A DNA stretch of 58,162 bases, counting the filler, from Jimgerdemannia flammicorona (Eukaryota): NCBI GenBank assembly GCA_003990765.1. It is 3 parts of 3 records of this genome, joined end to end, with 100 filler letters (N's around TTAATTAATTAA, not from the genome) between each part and the next. Parts side by side here need not be neighbours in the genome. Positions count along the whole stretch, not along the records: positions 38,844 to 58,162 come from RBNJ01001971.1; 2 more parts are not named here. One strand, given 5' to 3'. The notes under the pieces were generated by a model. It had not been told where the DNA came from and did no database searches. It saw nothing but the letters and a program-made list of their open reading frames with translations. The position numbers and the translations under genes are program-made. Shown here in pieces: positions 49,168-58,162 of the stretch (its first letter is position 1; every line of letters starts with the position of its first letter).

Positions 49168-50394
49168 TACTCCTTTTTATTTCTTCTGCTATATCATGAA
49201 CAAATAAATAGCAGTCCTTAATCATATATTGGTCTACTTATTTTTTTACCTATTCAATAATTATCAAAAGAGAGAATATTTGAGATAAAAAATACTCTCT
49301 ACTGATAATATTAAATTCTTTCTTATATAGATAGTATATAAGCTACTCATCAAAAGCCAAAGTGGTAGTAGTAATGGTAATGATAATGGTAATAGTAATA
49401 GTGATAATGAGGATGAGAGAGAATTCTGATAATAACTCACAGTGACTCTTCAGATCTTAGAATTTATAAACTTTATAGCTATATATATAATAGTCTTTTT
49501 AGAGCAGTCAATAGTAGATATATATAGATTATCTTTTTGTCACTATATTTAAATTTCCACAATATGACCAAATTTATTTTATATTATTCTCTTTTTCTTA
49601 GGGTCTATAGCTCTATAGTAAAATCTACTGACTTTATTAATAATATCTGGTCAAGATGAAAAAAGACTAGAGAATATTATAAGATATATCTTTACTAGCT
49701 GAGCTGTTGAATTAATACATTATATAGTAGAGATCTCAAAAGGATCAGAAGTAAGTCTTTATAAGTAATTTTATATAACTTATTTATATACAACTTATTC
49801 TCATATTTTTTTCTTATTCTATATTTTATTTAACTTCATTTTTATATATTTTCTCCTAAAAACTCTTACATAATACTCACATATAATCTATCTACATACT
49901 TAACTCAGTCTACTACTCAGATCAAGACTTAGTTCTACTATAGAGGAGAGTTCAAAGTTATCCAAGTTCAACTATATCTGATATCCAATCAAATAGAGAA
50001 GTTTAAGCATAAGTTATTTAGTATGAGCAATACTAATATTATCATCAAGGCTTGGAATCTATATTTAAATTAGAGCCAATTATCCTCAATCAAGGAGCCC
50101 ATTGGCCTACTGGAGTATTTAATTATGAAGAGAACTATATTATTGTTAATAATTATAGAGAAATGGTTATAATGGTAGTAAGAAATCTTTACAGTAATAA
50201 GCTTCATTACTATATTAATAAAATTTGCAAGGATTATATCAAATATCAGATAGTAGAAAAGAAGAAGTGTAAAAAGCAAGAAGGGAGGGTTTGGACAGAA
50301 ATTGGATATACTGCAATATTAGTAAAGAGTGGATTCTCTGGAGTTTTTCTAAAATCCTCTATATTTATCTCCTCTTTTTTGAAAATTTCTTTAC

Positions 50395-53300
50395 TTTTTT
50401 TTTTTATAGTCACTTGGACTCTGCCATTTATTACCCATCTATTAATAAGTTTACAGTATACCCTCCTGCTACCCGATCCCTATAGGGGTGCCACTCCCTC
50501 TACCTATATGAACAAAGATCACTTTCTCACCTATAACTCCAACCCTCCCCCCACTCTGTCTACAGATTTTCTCCACCAAACGATGCCTTCGACTCCCCTG
50601 CAACCCCTAACCAAGCCACCAGTCTGTCAAGGTGTCTTCTATAAGGCTACACTACCTCAGCAGCCTGACCTCTGAGCCAAGTCTTCTCCTATCTTCAAAA
50701 ACAAATAACCAATGACTGGCCAGCTCCACCCAAATGGCTAATGCTCAGTCTAATGTAAGCTATTCCTTCCCCACCCCTCTCTCCAATCTATCCCTTAAAT
50801 CCTCCCATTACTCCCACATGCTATCTCCCCTACACACTACCCCCAAATGATCCCTGATGGTCTGCCAAAAGATACTAAGTATCTCACACTCTCCTAGCTA
50901 ATGTTCAGGTATCTGCACATATTCCCCTTCTTGCCCTACATTATAATACTCTTCACAGTTGAAGCAACCCCCCTCAATAAGGTGCCCTGAGTAGAAGTTG
51001 AGCATGACATTCTGCCTCAGCACATGCCACCAGACCACCCAGTACTTCAGCAGCAGCTACCTCCTCACCTTGGTACTCCAGGCCCAAATGCTATGTCAGT
51101 CCCACTTCTTGCCAATTCCTACTCCTTGCCAACTACTAGGCCACAGGTCCTGGCCTAGTCCCCATTGGCATTCGATCCCATCACTGATGTCAAACTCAAT
51201 TAAGGGGACTCCACCCAGTAACACTCAGTCCCATCTCTACATTACTGGGTCTCAAGCTGCCTCCTCTTCATTTCTCTGCCATCTAATTCCAATGCAGCAC
51301 ACCCCCTCTGCTACTCCCCACCAGAAGCCTTTGTATTACAATTGTTCAGTATTCTGAAGGCCAACAAGTGCTAGGAGATCACCAGTTGAACCTCTTGGAG
51401 AGAACCTCATCTCCCAGACTTTCTGCAGTAGGGGGACCCAACCACCCCCTCTCAACTCTACTGCTCTCTTCAGCTACCATGCTCTCAAGCAGTATAGCCT
51501 CTTAGAAAAGTCAACCAGCCCAAGTCCCCCACTCACCACTGGTAAGGACAAGACCTTCCAGCTGATCTGACTCTGCCTTCCAGCCCAGATCCACCCCTTT
51601 GCCAGCTTCATCAATTACTTCACCACCCAAGCTGGGAAGTTCAGATGATAAGCCAGATATCACAACTTCGGCAGCCAATAGACATTCAGAATCAAAACAT
51701 GTCCTGCCAAAGACAATTGGCAGCCCCCCCAACTCTGCAGGGCCTCCTCCCAGATGCCAACCCACTGCTCCCACCAAAGTCTGGACAAAACTGACCCATA
51801 TATTGACAGATAAATACCCAAGTACTGTACCATCTCACCAGTAGGGACAATGGTACCAATAATCTCCCCTCCCATCAGACTATTGCCTAACACTATTGTT
51901 TTGCACTTATACCAATTAAGCCTAGCCCCAGAGTTCGCCTCATACCACTCCACTGTTTCCTTGAGCTTCTCAACATTTACAATTGATCTCAGGTCAATCA
52001 CTATGTCATCTGCAAATGCCCCTACTTTCCACCCAATGCCAAAGATAGAGAGCCCTACTATCTTCTGTCTGATTCTGTCCATGAAGGGCTCCAGAGAAAA
52101 TGTGTACAAAATGGGTGACAGTGAGTCTCCGTGGAGCACCCCCCTACCTAGGAGAAATGCTACCCCTCTATACCCATTACACATAAGTGCAGCCCTACTT
52201 CCTTCCAGTAGGCTGACCATGGCTGACCTGAACTGGTGTGGGACCTCAATCCTATCCAATACTTTCACTAGCCAGACCCATTGCACTTGGTCATAGGCCT
52301 TCTCCTGGTTCAGAAAGACCAGATGCCCATCCAGTCCACTGGCTTGCACTCTTTCAATAACTCCATGAATCCATGCTGTACCATCCCTAATAAGCTGGCC
52401 TCCCACAAAGCCCCTCTGCTCATCATCCAAGACTTGCTGGGCCACCTTTTGCAACCTTGTGACCACCACCTTGGTAACCAACTTTCTGTCCATATCCAGT
52501 AACATAATTGGCCTCCAGTTCTTCCAGTCCTCTCACCTTCCTTTGTTCTTATAAAGCAACATCACCAGCCCCAGATCCTGTTCCCCCACTCATCTCCCCA
52601 TCTGTAGAATCCAATCACACAGTATCATCATCTCTCCCAGTACTCCTGGGACTCCCACCATTTTTTTCCAGAAGTCCCAGGGCAGACCATCCTCCCCAGG
52701 TGCTGTACCCAAGGTTGTCATGGCAAGAACCTGGTGGATCTCCTCCTCTTGCACTGGCAGTACTAAGTCACTCAGCCCATCTGCTCATGTAGGGTACCAA
52801 TCCTCCAATACTTGATCAATGGCCTCAGTATCTGCCCCATCCTCCTCCTCACTCTACAATCCACTCCAATGCTCCTTTAACGATCCAAGAATGTCTTGTA
52901 CACCATGTACCAATATATCATCAGCATTAAGCATCCCCTCCCACCTTTATTGCACCCTTCTTGCCTAAAGGGCTCTTGTGAGAAACTTTGAGGGCCACTC
53001 TCCTTCCTCCAACCCCTGCCAATGAAGCCATGCTACCAGACCCTAGACCCTTGCCTCTTCCTCATTCTGTAACACCTGTTGTAGTTCAACCACCTCCATT
53101 CTTGCCCTTATCAATCTCCAGGCCTCCTCCCCCTCCAACATCACCAGTCTCACTCAGTCCTCCAAGAGTCTAGACAGTCTACTAGAAGCCCACTACACCT
53201 GCTGCCTCCTCCATTTCCCAGCCTCCTTACCAGCCTCACTTCAGTAGGTTCTGGCCATCTCCTTCATCCTTATCCACTGAATACCAACTGGGGCACCTTC

Positions 53301-55875
53301 CTGCCTCCAGCACTCCACTCTCAGTTGAATGTCTTCAGCCCACTCATCCTACTGGAACTTATCATCTAGTAAGGAGGAATTGAGACACCAATGTCCAGGC
53401 CCATCCCCACTCCCCCCAAAATGTCCCTGCCCTAAAAGCTCTCAATGATCTGACCAAGAACACCATTCTACCTCTAGTGACTTCCAAACATCTAAGCCCC
53501 AGCAGCTGGCCATCAGAATCCAATCAATCCTTATCCCCAGGCCCCCAGCTCAGTGTGTATATACCCTCATATCCCTCCAACATTCTCTATCTGCATCCAC
53601 TAGAGCACTTAGTCTTTCCACTTCCTCCCATACTGCCAGTTCTCCACTCCAACCCTCAGCTCCTCATCCTCTATCAGTTCTATCTCTCAATATGTCTTGG
53701 ACTATATTGAAGTCCCCACCAAGTATATCCACCCCAACCTCTGTAAGAATTCTACTCTCCTGTAGACCCTTCACCCAATTCACATACTCACTCCATACCG
53801 TAGAGCAGTAACAGGAGCCCACCATGACTGGCTCCCAGCCTGTGCATATCTACTCTCCCCAGACCAATCTATCCCCCCAGCTCTGCATATCCCTTATCTC
53901 CCCTCTACCTTTCTACACCAGAATCCCAACCTTGCCCTTCCAGACTGCCTCACCTCTCCACTCCTTCATCCATTCCAGTCTATCTAAATCATTCTCACAT
54001 CTGACATCCTGCAAGAGGAAGAGATTGGCCTCCAATCTCTTCAGTCATGTAAAAATATTCTTATGTCAATAAGCACCCCATAACCCATTCATGTTCAAAG
54101 AAAAAATGTTGGTTGTACTATTTATAGTGAAGAATGGTATATTATCAAGCTTTCCCTACTACTCCATGTTCATCTTCTCCTGCGCTAAGTCCAGATTATG
54201 TTCCATGGTCACTGCCTCCTCTTCAGCCCTCTGAGCCTCCAGTCCAGCCAACAGCTCATTCATCTCCCCATCTGCCTTCTCCTTGAATTCCTCTCAGTAC
54301 TCCAGGCAGGCTTCCTGCCAGAGCTGCAATCCATAATGCTTAGTCCAGCAGTATTCAGTCCTCTCTTCCATGACTCCCACCATCTCCACCTCTCGCTCCT
54401 TATCCACCTCATAGCCTTTCTCCTCCAGATATACTACAAGAATTTCCACCTTCAATGCCATCACCACCCCCTCTCCCTGCAGGATTCTTGCCCAATGCTC
54501 ATTGCTCATTACCCTCAAATTCACCTCTCCCAGCTCCTTGGCCACCAGGTTATTCATCATCCTGCACATCCAAAGTAGGTTCCCCACCTCCTTTCCTCCA
54601 GGGGTCACCAGTCTTCCACCATCCAGCATTGTAGTGTCAGCCCCAGCACTTGCAGCCTTGTCCCACTCCTCTGGGATGTCCACTAGTTCCTCCTCACCAA
54701 CTGCCACCACCTGTCCCTCTTTTGCCACCTCTGGAACTCCAAATTGTACTTGCTGGGCCCCCCACATTGGCACATCCTCCACCACCCTGCTTTGGGAAGC
54801 TGGGCCCCACCTGATAAGGGGAGTAGGGATAGGGGAGTCCTTCTATATCTCATCCCAAACCTCCAGCATACCATCTACATATGGGTCTTTGCCAGTCACC
54901 TCCCTGTTCTCACCAGTCCCCTTCCCAGTACTCCCACTTCCCTCACCTGCCCAGACACTCGTTTTGGCCCCCCCCTGTGTCCACCATCCTGCTCGTATCC
55001 TTCTGAGACTTGCCCTTCATCCTCACCAGCAGTTCCTTCTGTCTCTTATGTCTCTGATCTCATTTCCACTGCTCCTTGCTCACTCAAATCTACTTCCCAT
55101 CCACTACCTCCAAGTGTGTCTCCTCCTCAAAGGCCCTCCAAGCCTTCACCCTCCACTCCACTACACCACTCAACTCTTCTAGCACTTCTAATAGGTCCTC
55201 TTCCTCCTCCTCACTTCTCTTCACCCTTGTCACCTTGCACACAATCACCCCCCAGACCATACTGGAAGGCCAGTCCCTTGCCTTCCTGGTGGCCTCTTTC
55301 CCAGCCAGCTGAATCCTCACATCCACATCCCCAGTCCTGAGCAAGGTCCCCTCCCAGACTTGGAATCCAATATCCACTATCTCTCTATATTCCATCATGA
55401 CCTCCTCAACTCTCCTTCTTGTCTCCACCACCATCACTGTGGGCACCCCTTTCACTAGCAGTTGAACCACTCTGGGATTCCATTTCAGGTATCATGTCAT
55501 TGGAACACACACCTCCCCAACTATCAATCCAATCTTCAATACTTCCTCCAAAGGCTCAGCCTCCTCAAAGCCCACCTCCACTCTCTCTAGTCCCTTCAAA
55601 AACTTTATGGATGCTGCTCCAGCCACCTACTTAGCAATCAGCTCCAGCATCATTTTTGCCATTACTGCTAGGCCCTCAAAGCACAGTATTACTGTAAATA
55701 CTGAGATTAATTTCTTGAGTAACAGTACCACCACCAGGTCTATCACACCATCTGCTAAATCTTCTTATCTTGTCTGTCAGTCACCATGTTGCTAGTATCT
55801 TTTCTCCAAAAATGATGTTATAGTTGCTTTCCAAAGGTTGTGTAACCCAAGAGGTACTAGAGAGAGATAAAAATG
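50395..55875 (-). mobile_element. Near full-length L1/Tx1-like LINE (pseudogenised), same family as 1250-19322
   Basis: Poly(A) end (T11 at 50395-50405) preceded by AATAAA. RT ORF 51660-52505 (QRGFV, NQEKAYDQV, GDSLSPILY, AFADD); APE start NIFSLNMNGL (~54100); ORF1 at ~54290-55700. Possible TSD GAAAATTTCTTTACT / GAGATTTTCTTTACT (55876-55890). Confidence 0.9.
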
Positions 55876-57574
55876 GAGATTTTCTTTACTAATCTATTCT
55901 TGTTAAATTTTCAGAAATATACAAGATTCTGTATCCTTATTAGAACTTTAGAAGTACTATTGAAGAACAAGCTATACACAAGTATAATATAGTTTATACA
56001 GTAATAGTAATCATAATCTAGGGCTCTTTGAGTAGATTGCTAGACCAAACAGCAGGTCAGCTTGGTGGTACTCTCAGTATAACTATATATATATTCTTAG
56101 TACAATTTAGTATATTGTATGAGGTGAGGAGCTTGACTTTTTTTTGGATACAGCCTAAGGATTTCTATTCCCTACATATAAAAAGAAAGGATTTGACCAA
56201 ATACTGTCTATTTTGACAGATTTCTAAGCTGGGGCTCCTAAGGCTTGATAAAGAACAGGTATCTTCCAGTACTATCTAGCAATATGAGGTCCTGGGTCAA
56301 GAGTTCACCCAATCATATACTTATATTATATTGGGATATATTAGGCACAATTTTTCTCTGCCCATACATATAGATAATAATGTTACTCTAGTAATATTTT
56401 ATATTTCAGAAAGGAAGAGTCCAACTTAAAAGAATAGTAGTAGTATCTGGTATAATCTCATCTATGGTTTCAGGGTCCCATTTACAACCAATATAGCCAT
56501 CCTATTTCAATCACATAATCTCTATAACACTATTACTTTTAAGAAGAGCTCAGACACTACAGTTATCATACTTATAATAATGATAGACTCATCAAGACCT
56601 AGGACTGGTAGGTAGAGCAGTTTTGTAAGAGTTAAGCAGTCTTTTGTAAAGGTTAGGCAGGTAGTCAGATACTTCTTTTTATAGTATTAGTTTAGCTTTT
56701 TACTAGACTTTACTAGTCTCTTGACCCTGCTTTGTGATACTGTTAGTATAGTACTACAGTACAGAGCTAGGGTATCTGTAGGGCTCAAATTTATACTGAA
56801 ATCTGACTGCTTGAAGCTACTTCTCACAGTGGATCATTGGGCTGCAAATTTTATATACTCTCTCTGATCTGGACTTTCTTACTAACTAGTAGCTTAGAGT
56901 TATCTCTTGTTACTGATAGAGAGCTATAAATTTTATATATTCTCTCTACTAACTCTACTGTTCTCTATCCTACTTGGGCTGCTCAAGATAGCTCTCTGTA
57001 GCTAGTGAGGAGCTGCAAACTCTGGTATACTCTCTTGTCTGCCATCTTATATCTTGGGCTGAACTCTTTTTTTTTAAATATTATATAAAAAATAATTTAT
57101 TTATTTAATGCTGCAGAACTCACCCAATTTTAGTAGCCCATACCTCACTAAGACTTTAGGCACATATAAGTCTAGATTGCCTCAGTATTCAGTATATATC
57201 TCTTAGAGGAAATGAGATCCACTCTATTAGAAAACACCTGCTTAACTGGAGTATTGGTAGTAGAAATAGCCATAGACTGGAGAAGTCTGTTTGATATATC
57301 AGTGGCCACACACTCCAGAGGGTAGAATGGTGGTTAGAATGGTAGTTAAAATTGGCCCAACTCTATCAACTATCTGCAGAAAGACAACCTACCTTCTACT
57401 AGTTGAGTATCTCTATACTCTTTAGTAGGATCATATAGTTACTGGTAAGGTAAATAGTAAGTTTATCTATTAATAGTAGTTATTTTATTAATAGCTCCCT
57501 CTTTCTCTTTCTGCTGAAGTAAATATATAATAAAAGAGATTCATCAGTATATTCATCTAGACTTCAGCCAGAAC

Positions 57575-58162
57575 TAGTGCTCCGCAAACCCGACCCGATT
57601 AACCCGAAACCTGACCTGTAAAACAGCCAACCCGGAATTAGACGTCACCCGTCTTTAACCCAACCCGGAATTATACGTCACCTGTCTTTAACCTGACCCG
57701 GAATTATACGTCACCCATCTTTAACCTGACCCAGAATTGTACGTCACCTGTCTTTAACCTGACCCGGAATAATACATCACCTGTCTTTAATCCGACCTGG
57801 AAATGTATGTCACCCGACCCGTTATTTACCCTTAACCCAAACCTGAACCTGACCCCTGAATCCGACCCTGAACCCGACCCCTGAACCCAACCCTGAACCC
57901 GACCCTCTGAACTCTGCTCTGAAAAAATGATTCGGAAAATATTTGGATAATATTCAGAGTAATTGAAAGTGAAAAATATCTGAAGACCACCAAGAATCCA
58001 AACACATGCATGCACGAATTGTATTTACACACAAGCTGTTTCGACGTTCAGTCACTAGCTCACCAGCAATAGAAAAAATACGTTCAGATGGAACAGATGT
58101 TGCCGAAATAGCAAGATAATCGCAAGCCATTCGTGAAAGATTAGGATATACCGACTGATTTC
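57575..58162 (-). mobile_element. 3' end of a coding hAT transposon (continues beyond the window)
   Basis: Terminus TAGTGCTCCG is identical to the MITE TIR start; subterminal ~33-bp tandem repeats and ACCCGA motifs; transposase C-terminus; CpG intact. Confidence 0.88.
57954..58160 (-). CDS. hAT transposase C-terminal dimerisation domain (partial)
   Basis: NQSVYPNLSRMACDYLAISATSVPSERIFSIAGELVTERRNSLCVNTIRACMCLDSW…LL*; open frame, not listed in the ORF track. Confidence 0.92.
   Translation of the reverse strand, partial: NQSVYPNLSRMACDYLAISATSVPSERIFSIAGELVTERRNSLCVNTIRACMCLDSWWSSDIFHFQLL

Noticed and set aside
48770..50390. Possible decayed hAT-like element and the 207-aa ORF at 50052-50675
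   Set aside because: Too mutated to assign TIRs or domains, and the ORF runs across the LINE poly(A) junction, so it is chimeric.
54198..55634. Long Ser/Pro/Leu-rich plus-strand ORFs (e.g. 54502-55182, 54744-55340; likewise 11639-12208 minus)
   Set aside because: They are antisense shadows of purine-rich LINE ORF1.
55890..57574. CpG-depleted decayed sequence, probably an old TE
   Set aside because: No recognisable motifs or termini.
57600..57910. Telomere-like TAACCC/AACCC repeats
   Set aside because: They are irregular and lie between a hAT TIR and a transposase stop, so they are subterminal transposon repeats.

Overview
Eukaryotic, TE-saturated fungal DNA. Intron style, gene families and TE types suggest Mucoromycota (e.g. 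Endogonales); this is inference. Two 100-nt N gaps with an artificial TTAATTAATTAA linker split the window into three contigs (1-19322, 19423-38743, 38844-58162). Only two host genes look intact, both CpG-rich: a 5-exon THO complex subunit 7 gene (44746-46025, +) and a multi-exon PD-(D/E)XK-like hypothetical gene (31368-34495, -). The rest is mostly nested, CpG-depleted mobile DNA: two L1/Tx1-like LINEs, a full-length chromoviral Ty3/Gypsy element with a dUTPase and an extra 3' ORF, a 2-kb solo-LTR-like insert with its own ORF, four copies of a 1.2-kb poly(A)/TSD retroposon, two hAT MITEs plus the end of a coding hAT, a Tc1, a MULE, a Crypton-like tyrosine recombinase cluster and a 2.1-kb minisatellite. 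The most striking signal is a block of intronless genes that read properly only if TGA=Trp (genetic code 4): a tandem HIT-like membrane-anchored protein and two copies of a Sola-type transposase. This suggests Mollicutes-related endobacterial (MRE) DNA integrated and decaying in the fungal nucleus, and possibly a eukaryotic transposase that made a round trip through the endosymbiont. All translations and counts were done by hand; no database searches were run.
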